Shown here piece by piece: positions 10,401 through 21,671 of a stretch of 64,000 bases of DNA (positions are counted from its first letter, which is position 1; the number at the start of each line of letters is the position of its first letter). Made by a program: the position numbers and the translations under genes. Origin of the DNA: Macrostomum lignano (taxonomy: Eukaryota). The stretch is taken from positions 177,390-241,389 of the forward strand of contig NIVC01001129.1 of the NCBI GenBank assembly GCA_002269645.1, given 5' to 3'. The notes under the pieces are model-generated. The model searched no databases, had not been told where the DNA came from, and saw only the letters and a program-made list of their open reading frames with translations.

Positions 10401-12955
10401 GAATAGAGACTTCGAGAGAAGAAAATCGATTTATACGCAACTCGAAAATACAAAACTCAAAAGATTCACCGATGCTGCGCATTGAAAACGGAGATATAAA
10501 TATTGAGGAAATAAAATACTTAAATCGAATGCAGCAGCGACAATGCTTTAAAAAACTTCAGTCCGCATATTTCAAAATTCAAAATTCAGTGCTTGAAGAT
10601 TTTCACGCCCCCCGAGCAGCGCGGGGGTGCGGGCGCAGCGCCACCGGAGAGGCAGGTGGGTCTCAGGCCGCCTGGCCTAGAGCTCTCGGTGCAGCAGTTT
10701 GCGGCTGGGCGACGGCGTCGGCCAAGTCGGGGCTGACGACCTTGACCGCCGTGCAGTGCCGCCAGCAAGTCGTGCCATAACGGCGCAGCAGCAGCGAGTT
10801 GCCGGTCACCCGGCAACGTGCCGGCGTGGTCGCCTTTTTGCGTCCGCGTGCTACTTCATCGCCGCCTTGGCGCCGGCGTCCGCGTCTCTCAGCCGCTGCT
10901 CGTTGATGCGGACTCGCTGGGACGGCTGGGCGGCGGGAATGACGTCGTTTGGCCGTCGGCCCATCAGCAGCTCGGCTGGTGCGCGCCCGGTGGCCGTGTA
11001 AGGCGTGTTCCTGTAGGCCAGCAGCCACTCGTCCAGAGCGGCCTTCCAGTCCCGCCGTTCCTCGATGGCAACGCGCACGACTTTGTTGATGGAGCGGTTC
11101 AGTCGCTCTGTCATGCCGTTGGCCGCTGGGTAGTAGGGCGTGATGAGGCGATGCTTGACCCCGTAGCTCGCCAAGAACCGGCCGAGCTCCTTGGACGAGA
11201 AGGGTAATCCATTATCTGTCACGAGCTCCTGCGGGATCCCGAAGTGAGCGAACATCTCTCGTAGGCGGGGTATCAGTGCCTCGGCCGTCGTCGTCTGCAT
11301 GAGCTGCACCTCCGGGAACCCTGAGTAGCGGTCCACGCACACCAGCAGCATGTTGCTGTTGATGGGTCCCACGAAATCGGCGCCGATCGACAGCCAGGCG
11401 CTCGCGGGGATCGGCGTCGGCTGCAGAAGCGTGGCTCGGACGGCTGGCGTGTGCGACGTGACGGCGCAGCTGCAGCATCGACTGACGAACTCCTCCGCTT
11501 GAGTTGCCATCCTCGGCCACCAGACCATCGTGGCGAGCCTCGCGATTGTCTTCTGCGAGCACTGGTGCCCTTCGAGCATATGCTGCCGCAGCTCCGCTGG
11601 CACAAAGATTCGCTGGTGCTGAAGGAGGGACCCCGTCAACCGCAGACAGCTCCTCTCGCAACGCGTGGAGCGACCGTATCTCGGCGTTGGAGCGATCCCA
11701 CCGGCCGCCTTGCGTCGCCGCTGTCGCCGCCCGGATGACTTTGTCACTGGCAGAGCTCTTGCGGATGTCGTCGAGCGTCAGCGCCATTGGCACAGCCGCC
11801 TGCGCCACCTCGTTGATCTAGGCCTCCCTCCGCTGCTCGCCAAAACTTCCGCCGTGCGCGCTTAGGGGCTGCCTGCTGAGTACATCTGCAGCATTGGAGG
11901 CTCCCGGCTGGTACTCGACCTTGAACACTAGGTGCTGGATCCTTAGCGCCATTCGCTCGACTCGTGGAGGCGGCCGCGACCCAGGCGCGAACATGGCAGT
12001 CAGCGGCTTGTGATCAGAGACCACTGTGAACTCGGGCGATCCATGCAGGTAGTACTCAAACTTCAGGCAGCCGAACTTCACGGCCAGTGCCACCTTCTCG
12101 GTTTGCGAGTATCGCCACTCGATGTCGGAGAGGGTCCGGCTGGCGTATGCGACCGGCCTCGAGCTGCCGTCGCACTGGCCTCGCGTCCATGATCAGCTGC
12201 GTGCGCAGTCGCTTGTCGTAGAAAGCCAGCGTTGTCGGCTCCGCGATGCTGCACTTCAGCTGCTCAAAGGCGCTGGCCTGGTCGGCGCCCCACTGCCAGT
12301 CGACGCCCTTCCTGGTCAGGCGCCGCAGCGGCTCCGCCACCTTGGCTAGCTGTGGCGTGAACACGGTGAGGTAGTTCACGAGGCTTAGAAATGAGCGAAG
12401 CTGTCCAATCGTCTCGGCCTCTTGAAGTCTTGAACGGCGGCGACCTTGCTTTCGGTGGCCTGGACTCCTTCCGTCGTGAGCCGCATTCCCATGAACTCGA
12501 TGCTGCTGCACTCCAGTCGGCTCTTCCGAGCGTTCAGCGTGCCGTGCTGCGCCAGGCGGGCCAGACATGCCTCGAGGCTGCTGTTGTGCTCCGCCATCGT
12601 GCGGCCGAACACGACCACGTCGTCGTGGATCCATTTGACGTTGGGCAGGCCTCCTGGGAGGATCTCCTGGGAGGTGGACAAACCCATGCACAGCCGGGTG
12701 AGACAGCGAAGTCCGCGAGGCGTTGAGAATGTTAGCAGGTTGCGGCATTTCTCGGCCACAGGCACCTGGTAGAACGCCTTCGCGATGTCCAGCTCCGAGA
12801 ACACAGTGCTGCCGGCCATGTCCCCGGTCACCTCCTCGAAAGTTGGAATCTGGTGTCGCTCGCGGATGACGTAGCGGTTGACATCGCGGAGGTCCTGCGT
12901 GATGCGCACCTCGCCCGGCTCCTCCATGGGCACGACGACCATCCTCGGTGCGACA
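10207..12955 (-). mobile_element. 5'-truncated, degenerate Ty3/Gypsy LTR retrotransposon (RT-RNaseH-integrase-PPT-3'LTR)
   Basis: RT: FSELDIAKAFYQV...WIHDD (12385-12950). RNase H: EFTVVSDHKPL (11818-12093). Integrase: H..C..C, ADFVGP, VTDNG, TERLNRS (10851-11747). RT-RH-INT order is Gypsy-type. Frameshifts and deletions present; no gag, protease or 5' LTR. Confidence 0.92.
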
Positions 12956-13486
12956 AAGTTTGTCCAAGTCAAAATGCTGAAGAATCTTGGAAAAATGATG
13001 GCTCTTCTGAATCGCTGAAAGAAAAGTTTGTAAGCGTACACTGTGTAGAATTTTACACTGTTTCCCAATCATAAAATATTTTTTATGGAGGAATATCCTG
13101 CAAAAATAAATAATTGTAATGGAAAGTCACTGGATTTAGGAAGTTACAAAATGATTGGTTAGCGAATTTTGGCTTTCAAAACAGAATAGACGTTGAATAC
13201 GAGCTTAAACCAACAATTATTGTCCATAATCTACATGCAAAAACTTTATTGAACTTTCATTTGCCTTTGCAGAAGCAATGCTGATCGTTTCGTTGACTGA
13301 GTTCATTCAACATGTTCAAGGATGCTATGCTTCAGTTTTTTAAGCCAATTGTAATTCACCACCGTTTTGATTGGTTTAGAAACCTTGCATTTAAGATTTG
13401 GCCACGTCGCACTTCCGATTTCCTTGCAAGCAACAAAACTGCATTTTCTAAATAATTTCTTTAAATAGCTGGGATAAATTTGAAAA

Positions 13487-16400
13487 ATGAAAACGTTGAA
13501 TTTAATTCTGCTTCTGCTTTTCTGCTTCCAGTTCGCTGAAAATGTGCTTGGTAAGAATTGATTCGATTTAGAAAAGCTGTACTTTTTGTCTCAGAACTCT
13601 GTTATTAGTGAACTGCTATTAGTAGACTGCTATTAGTAGACTGCTATTAGTAGACTGCTATTAGTAGACTGCTATTAGTAGACTGCTATTAGTAGACTGC
13701 TATTAGTAGACTGCTATTAGTAGACTGCTATTAGTAGACTGCTATTAGTAGACTGCTATTAGTAGACTGCTATTAGTAGACTGCTATTAGTAGACTGCTA
13801 TTCAGAGAAGCATAAGGTATAACGCCTATTGATTTCAACTCTGTATTTTATGAATCCGTGCTTTTAATAGCCTAGCATAGAGTATAATTTGTTAGACTTG
13901 ACCAGAGTTAGGCTAAATTGGAAAATGTTCCGTCAAATGTCTGCAGGTGCCGAGAAAATCACCGTTCCCAAAAACAAGCCTGCTAAGCAGTCTTCGAAGT
14001 TCCACTCAAACGACGACCCAGCCCTGGCCAACAACGGCAACACCGGCGGCTCCCTTGTGCGCCTGTCGAACTGCTTCGAGTGCGCGAACAACGACCCGCT
14101 ACCCTGGTGGATGGTTGACATGGGCGAGATCTACTTTGTCCACCAGGTGAAGGTGTGGAACAGAATCAACTGCTGTGCTGACCGGTTTCGGCAGGTTAGC
14201 GTTGGTAAGTTGCTGCTGCGAAGCTTAGATTGCTGCATGGCTTTGAGATAGATCGATCGGGCAAAAAACTACAGTAAATAGAGAAAAATTTACTGGTGTT
14301 GTATCAAGAAATGTTTTGCTAAGCAAAAGCAAGCTACAGGGCAACGATGAAAATACATGTTTGTTAACGCTTCATGTTCAACGGTATAAACGGAGATCTA
14401 GAACACTCAGATTTACTCAAACTCAGAAACATTGCACAAACAATAAAATATTAGTATTTATATTCAATCAGAAAATGTTTGTGGAATTCCCAAGTATGTG
14501 CCAAAAAGACTTTTGATAGGGCATTACTTTACTTTGCAGCAGAGGGCTTTCAGGGATGAAATGCTATATGCGTTTGAGCTTTAAATGGATGCTTGTAAGA
14601 GGTCCCTTTCATGTAGTAACACGTGCGATGGTCTAAAATTGTGGTAGCATTGTCCATGCATGTTGCCGATTCTCTGTACGGGGTCCGAATTCGGGCTTCA
14701 AAGCAGCTTATCCATGACGAGCTTCACGATCTGAGCTTCACGGGCTGAGGACTTCACCTTGCAGTCCACCTTTCTGGACCTCAACAGAACGGGAGTGTCC
14801 CAGGAGGTGCAAGGTGGCAGTCCGATGGGAGAACATGATGTACATGATCAAGCGAGTGAGTTGCTCGTGCGGGCCACTTGATTAAAAAGCACGGTATCGA
14901 AGGTACCAATTTTTTTCGTAAAAACGAATGTTGAGCACCATGCGTTTCAATTTGTTGACAATGGCGTGCAATGCGATTTAGATAGAACGGTCCAGACCGA
15001 AAGACGCGCCGGTTGCAGGGGGGGGGGGGGGAGACGCCAGAGCCCATCCGTTCTATCAGTTTAACAGTAGAAAGACCACGCTATTTTTCCACATGGGGAA
15101 AGACCATGGGATCCCGGCTCGTCAGGGCCGCGTGGTGGCACTCCGTTGAATTCGAAGGTCCCGAAGGTCGTCCAGACAGAGCTGAATGCTGAACATGGTG
15201 CAGGACCATTGTATAATACGCAGACATACCTGGTTTGGTCCTTGATAGAAAAATCACGATGTTGGCGGTGTCAGCTCGTCGGGGCCGCGTGGTGGCCCTC
15301 CCTTAAAGGTCCCGAAGGTCGCCTGTATGTCACAGGTCAGCCTAGAGGGTCACCCTCGTCCATTTCATTCACCGATTATGTCTACTGACTGAATGCTGCA
15401 TGCAGAAGAGGATTCTTCCACTTCAGTTTTGGAAACGCAGCCGTCTCTGGGATACCGATCAGGTGCTTTTGTTGAAGGTCCCGACAGTCGCCGCCGATGC
15501 TCCAGACGGTGATGAAGGGGACCCTGGTGCCTGAGATGCTGAGAGCAAAAGTCCCTGCGACTGATATGCATAGTTTGTTGAGCCGACGTGGTTTCATGAT
15601 GAAATTTTGTGAGCAGAAAATTTTTTGCCATGTTGGTGGTTTTTGCCACCAGACACCCCGAGGAGAATCGCTGAATATCTCAACGATGCCGATTTTTGTG
15701 ATTCTCGAAGTTGCTTCATCAAATAGAGCGGAAATTTTTTAGCCCGTGTTCTAGATTTTCATGGCAATTGGTTGAATATTCTTGGAGATCGAGACAAAGG
15801 AAAAATTTGTGTATTTGAAATACACCCCATGGTCTTTCTACTGTTATAGGCGATAACGCTAGGGAGGATCGATAGAGAGAAATACAGTACAAGCGCATAA
15901 AACACTGCACAAGGCGAGTATGCATGTAATGTGATGAGTTAGAGACTCTAAGAAGAACAGATTGGTGTTCGCTGGTGTCAGATTGATATTGCAGGAAGCT
16001 TTGGCAGGGTGATAGTCTCCCTTCCATGGTTTTGAGATAAAGACAATCGTGGCTTCCTGCCAGCCACGGTTGCTGAGGAGGTCGAGGAACCTGTCATTTT
16101 CACTGCAGCCTGCTGCTTGAAGATTTTTTCAAGAGTCGAAGAGTTTCCTCTTTCCTGCCAATCAAATTCTCTCCATATTCCAGGTGTGGCTAAAAATCCC
16201 ATCGTATGGACGTCCTTCAACCAGGATCTGTTCGAACGCTGCGGCTACTGGCCCGGGGTGGCCACGGTATCTGATAATCCCATCATATTAACCTGCCCCA
16301 GCCCCATCGGAGGCAGGTACCTGGCCGTGTACAAAAACACCAGTGGACTGAGCGACGGCAGTGCCAGGCTGCACTTTTGCGAGGCTGACATCCTGGCAGG

Positions 16401-18110
16401 TTAGATGGGCCTTTGTAGCTTTGGTAGCTCTTTTGTAGTATTCTGGCAGTTTAAATACAGAATTAGAAAATTCTAACAAAAGAAGCGTCTCTCCAGTCAA
16501 TAAAAAATCACTTCTGAAATCTATCCAGAAAAAAATCTGAATTTTGCACCACGGATGTCTTCAGATACTAATCACAGTTACATAGTTTTGATAGAGCTGA
16601 TTGATGGGCAACTCGGGCCACTGCAGAGGCAGATTCCAGCCAAGGTCTCTGTTGTGTATTGAACGCGTGGGTTTTTTATGCGCGTGAGAATAAGAATTGC
16701 GGAGTCTCGACTGACTCCGCTGCTTTACATTTATATTTGTTAGTAAATGAAGCGTGCACGTTGGGTGTATACACCTGGCCGATCGGCTAAATGTTAAGCA
16801 ATGCTTGAGTTGAATACAATATTGTTGAAACATAAATACGATACAACTGAAGTACTCCATACTAGTACTTAGTACTCACGCCACAACAGTCTCCCTGAGG
16901 AGTGGTTCCTCGACGTTTCCTCGAAATTTAAAATAAGTTGATATAGCTCGTAAAAGACAAGCATGTTTCACTCAAGGACTACTAGACTAGAAGGACACTT
17001 GCAAATCGTGCAAAAATGGTTGAAGGCCGATTATTAAAATGTCTGTATCTCCGAATCGATTGCATGTAGGCTACTTTATTTCGACAGATTGTTCAGATTT
17101 TTGTTCCCTACTGAGTAAGTTTAGTTTCCCACTAGATGTAGATGCTAGAAAAGACTGTACAATCGAGACACCTATATTTTGGGGCGTTTGGTATTTAAAT
17201 CTGTAAGTTTAGGAACCAAATTAATAAAGTGGTGAAAATCTTAGGCGCAAGTTTTTGTGAATACGCTCGTAGTGTCATTAGTGACATTAGTGACGTTTCT
17301 GAAAATATATCGGAGCCTGGAGATCATATACAGAACCCGCATACTTTGGCCTATAGCTACCAGTATCCTTTAAAAACTTGCTTATAAGATGGCCAGTCAT
17401 CAAAAATGAGTGAGAGGAAAAAGTCAAACATCACGAAGCAGACTCCTCTTTTAACATTCTGTTCTAGACAATCTGTAAATTGAAGTGGCAGTAGAATTTA
17501 GCAAGCAAGAAAGAGTTTTGTTTAGTTTATTTGCTTATAATGTTCGCACGGATTCGAACCATGGATGCTTACGCCACTGAGCTACTCGACCTCTTTCACC
17601 TTCGGGGCCAGGAGCATTACTCGTACAGCAATGCATCCATCCATCGATAGGCATCTCGGGCCACTGTAAAAGTATATATATGTCAGCGACGTCGGATTGC
17701 AGTACAGGTTACCTGGTTAAAATTCATGTATTCGAAATTCAGCAGCTGCCGTATTGAATTTAAGTCACAAATATCGGCATCCTTATAGTTCGCTCTGTAC
17801 TAATACAACCTAAAGTTATTAAAACATTTTTTGAATAAAAATTTCAGTCCTAAAGCCGTCCATGATCTCGTTCGAGGCTAAGGTCATTCCGCCAAGGTTC
17901 TCAACGAAGCCAGCCGACTCGCAGCTCGATGGCTCTCCAATTGCTGTCAAGTCGGACATCGCCTGCGTGCGTGAGTGCGGCAGCCACCCAATGTGCCTCT
18001 ACACTTTGTACAAGCAGGGCAACTGCTGGCTGTTCTCATCTGGCAGCATCTCCGATAGCTTCATCAGCATCCTGAGCGGTGGAGATGCCAAGTTTATGCA
18101 GCTGAACTAA
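13487..18110 (+). CDS. Secreted F-type lectin + PAN/apple protein, copy 2 (266 aa)
   Basis: Exons 13487-13550, 13947-14204, 16184-16399, 17848-18110; same sizes and phases as copy 1; GT-AG intact. Confidence 0.9.
13612..13802. repeat. 14-bp minisatellite, ~13.6 copies, intron 1 of copy 2
   Basis: Same unit as 1977-2097. Confidence 0.95.
15062..15846. mobile_element. MITE-like element (paralog of 3349-4134)
   Basis: Same 17-bp inverted ends. Confidence 0.6.
16650..16888. mobile_element. 239-bp solo LTR in intron 3 of copy 2
   Basis: TGTTGTG...CACAACA ends with a perfect 5-bp TSD GTCTC (16645-16649 / 16889-16893); absent from copy 1 intron 3 (~5145). Confidence 0.9.
17541..17594 (-). other. 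Truncated tRNA-derived (SINE-head-like) fragment
   Basis: Minus strand TAGCTCAGTGG (A box) and GGTTCGAATCC (B box) with the anticodon arm missing; not a functional tRNA. Confidence 0.4.
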
Positions 18111-18734
18111 TCATCAAATATTCGGACACTTTTAATTGTAACTAACTGAACTCGAATAATCAAACATTTCTTTAAAACTTTTACGCAGAGCTTATAGCTA
18201 ATGCTGAAAGAATAAAAAAGTGTCTCTATCTACTTACAAATTTTAATGCTGAATAATACCCTCAATGGCAGGTTTATCTTATCCAGAGTAAAGTGCGGGA
18301 AGCAGTCAAATATTTGACAAATTATCTGTTCAATCGGATTTCCAATTTTACAACAATTTTGTTTCTAATTATTTCAAATTTGTAATAACACTATCGAAGA
18401 CAGCTAGTTAGTAAGTACGAGTGCATTGCGTTTTCTAAACGGAATTTTTCATTTTTTAGGATTCGATGCATGGCTTATCATACCGATCTTTTGTCTTTGT
18501 CCAGATGATAAAGAATGGCGTCGTTTCAAGATAAAAAATTCCTAAAATTGTTGGTCCGACCGGGCGTAGCTTGGTTGGGTGTTAAACCAGTGGGGCGTGG
18601 CTCTTGTGCGTTGGTGCGGGGGGTGGTGGGCCGGGCCTTGGTCACGTGCCCGCGGCCTGGGTGGCGTTTATTTAATACGGTGCGGGCTGTCGCTGACCCG
18701 CCAAGCGCGTATTGATTTTTTTTCAATTTTTGCA

Positions 18735-19853
18735 ATGGCTGACCGCGACAAACTTATGCACCTGAGCAAGGTGGCTCTGCAAGCCTTGTGTGCCCACGCT
18801 AACATAAGCAGTCGGGGCAACAAGGCCGACCTTGTCAGCGCCCTGCTCGCAGCCCCAGACCAGTCGTGGACAGATTCGCTGTTGCAGAACATGGAGCAAT
18901 CTGAGCAAGAAGCCGAAGCAGACGACAACATCAGTACGGAGGCGGCTCGGGAGTCGGCGGCGGGCCTGGACGAGGACATCGCGAAGGCGGAGAAGGAGAT
19001 CAGACTGTTGTAGCTACGCAAGGAAGCCGCTCAACTCAAGAGGGAGATCAGAGATCTGCAGCGCGAGTGTCCATCCGCGCGTCCTATGAATCGCGGTGAG
19101 TGTGCCAAGCCTGCTGGCCCCAGTTACTTTCCTGATGGGTGTGATGATGCTGAATTAGACCAAGCTGATAATGGCAATGAGCTGCTTGACAGATTGTTGT
19201 CACAGAACAGGGCCAATGAACGGATGGAGTGTTCTGGTAGACGTAAGGCTCTCCTGGTTCGTGATTTCCTCGACGGCTTTGAGCAGGAAGAGGTGCTGGC
19301 TAATGGTTCTGGTGGCCGAATCACTTACAAGAGCAGAAAACCTAATCCAGATAGCATCACGGCAGCGCAGTATTTGGTAGGCAATTGCAGGCTGATGATG
19401 CAGATGATCAAGGATGGTGCCCTGGTGACTAGTAGAAATGGAACTGCCGACACGACTGATTTGATGAATTACTTACGCTACTCAATACAGATTGGCGAGC
19501 TGTTTGACGCGGGCTTCGGCCTTGCGCAGGTGAATCGTTTTGACGAGGACTACCGCACTAGGCAAGCTGAAACTGGCATGCGATGGGGCAAGGAGTCTTT
19601 CCAACTCGTTGCTAAGCACTTAATCAGAACTGGAACTCCAGCAAACCATGGAGTCAGCAAGTCTTTGCCCCAGCCACGGCAGCAGCGTTTTCAAAAACCA
19701 ATAGACCCCAAGAGCCTCAGAACGCCAGACGGGGAAGAGATCTGCTTGCACTTTAATCGCCGGGGGTGCTTCCGGTCGAGCTGCAAATTCCGGCACGTCT
19801 GCCGCATCTGTTTCGAGGCCCACCCTGAGGCCAACCATTCGACAAAAAACTGA
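18735..19853 (+). CDS. Gag-like ORF1 (SAP-like N-terminus, coiled coil, C-terminal CCCH/CxxC zinc finger), with one in-frame TAG
   Basis: ORFs 18579-19013 and 19086-19853 share a frame and are separated only by TAG 19011-19013. Motifs LMHLSKVALQALCAHANISSRGNKADLVSAL and CLHFNRRGCFRSSCKFRHVCRICFEAH. Confidence 0.8.
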
Positions 19854-19861
19854 AGTCTGCG

Positions 19862-21671
19862 ATGCTCTGTTTTAATCCTAAAATTTTGCCTAATGCTCAG
19901 CCTGCTTTAAATTTTAACAATCCTGTCGTTGGCAGTGCAGGGGGTCGCCTGCGTTTTTGTTCGTGGGATTCTGAGCTTGAGAATGACCCTGATCGGAATT
20001 TTATCCTAGACGGCATCGCAAATTGTTTTCGCATTACTGATGGCAAAGGGCTTTGTGAGACTTTTAATGCCAATTACATGTCTACTTCTACTTTTCATCG
20101 CGCTGTTGAGCTGCAAATTAAGGAAGAGATTGAGAATGGCAGGTATTTGATTGTGCCTAAGAAGCCTACGATGGTCAGCCCTCTGGGAGCAATTCCCAAG
20201 GATAACGGGAAGGTTCGACCTATTCATGACTGCAGCACGCCTCCGGGCTACTCGGTAAATGACCATTATACGAAGAAGCTGAGCCCCAGGTTTGAGTCCG
20301 TCAAGAAGGTTGCAGCCTCTATCGGCAAGGGCTGGTTCATGGCAAAGCTTGACTTGTCGCAAGCTTACAGAAGCGTGGCGATCCATCCGGATGATTACCA
20401 GGCGACCGGCATTGGTTGGCGCTTTAAAGGCAACCGTGATCTGACATGGCTTGTCGACACCCGGCTACCCTTTGGTAGCTGCGCCTCGGTCGAGATTTTC
20501 TACCGGCTTACTCAAGCGGTCAAGAGGATGATGGTGCGACGCGGCGTGGCCAATATTTCGGTTTACCTGGATGATTTTCTGGTTGCGGCCGAGAGCGAGA
20601 AAGAGTGTATGGATGCTCTGAAAGAGCTGATTAAGCTGGTTCGCCAGTTAGGTTTTGGTGTCAATTGGAACAAAGTGGTTGAACCTACGCAATGCTTGGT
20701 GTATCTCGGTGTGAAGATTGATACTGTCCGTGGAGTTCTTAGTGTGCCGGCGGAAAAGTGTGAGGAAATGCGCACCACACTGCTTAACTTTTCGCAGCGC
20801 AGGCGTCTCTCGAAACGACAGCTTTCGTCGCTTTGTGGCAAGCTCAGCTGGGTCGTCCAGGTGGTGCACGCTGGGAGTTGCTTCCTAAGACCCCTGTTCG
20901 ACCTGCTTAATGCCCTGGAAAAGCCACGTCACAAAGTGCGAGTGTCCGCTGACACTGCGTATTTTACTCTGGTGGCGAGGTGCCCTTCTGAAGCTGCCTG
21001 ATTTTCAGCTTTGGAGAAGTTGCACAAACGGCTGGATCATCGAAACCGATGCGAGCAGTGCTGGTGGCGGAGCCATTTTGCGCAATGGTAGCGGTATGGT
21101 GGATTGGCTGTACGTCAATTGGGATCTGGATGCTGGAGGAAAGTTTAAAGACAAGCATATCACGTACAAAGAAGCTATTGTTCCGCTACTGGCTATGGTT
21201 CGCTGGGGTGCCTTTTTAAATGACAGTTCGGTCGTGGTCTACTCCGACTCTAGTGCGACTGTTGGCATGATTAACAGAGGTTGCTGTCGGCAGCCTGAGT
21301 TGCAGCCGCTGTTCCAGACTGCCATGCTCATTGCTGTTAGGCGTGGGGTTGAGGTGCGCGCTTTTCATGTGCCTGGCTGGTACCATGTCTTTGCGGACCC
21401 GTGCTCTAGGCTGCACGCCGTGGACAAAATGCGCGATTTTTTATTTCGGGTGTATGGCTCTGTTGACTGCTGTTTTAACGAGATCGCTAGCCATGCTTTC
21501 TGCCCTGCTGCCTCCATTTTTCTCATTTTACAGGCCCTCCGCGCCAGACTCCCGACCGCCTCAGCAAGCGTTGCGCGTTTATCCTGGGCAATGCCTACGC
21601 GCCCCGCACGAAGCGGAGTTACCGGTCGCAGCTCGCGTCTTGGCTGCGATTTTGCAATTCCCGGCACCTGA
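19862..21671 (+). CDS. DIRS-type reverse transcriptase + RNase H (one +1 frameshift at ~20962-20965)
   Basis: RT: KLDLSQAYRSV, RLPFG, YLDDF. RNase H: TDASSAGGGA, HITYKE, YSDS, ADPCSR. Removing one T from TTTT 20962-20965 joins ORFs 19862-21001 and 20910-21671. Confidence 0.9.

Noticed and set aside
17290-17480. Possible hAT transposase N-terminal scrap (KQTPLLTFC)
   Set aside because: Too short to support.
19243-19531. Alternative gag donors for the YR splice
   Set aside because: CAG|GTGAAT (19530) is phase 0 and incompatible. AC|GTAAGG (19243) is phase-compatible but fits consensus less well than G|GTGAGT at 19096, so it is kept only as a fallback.
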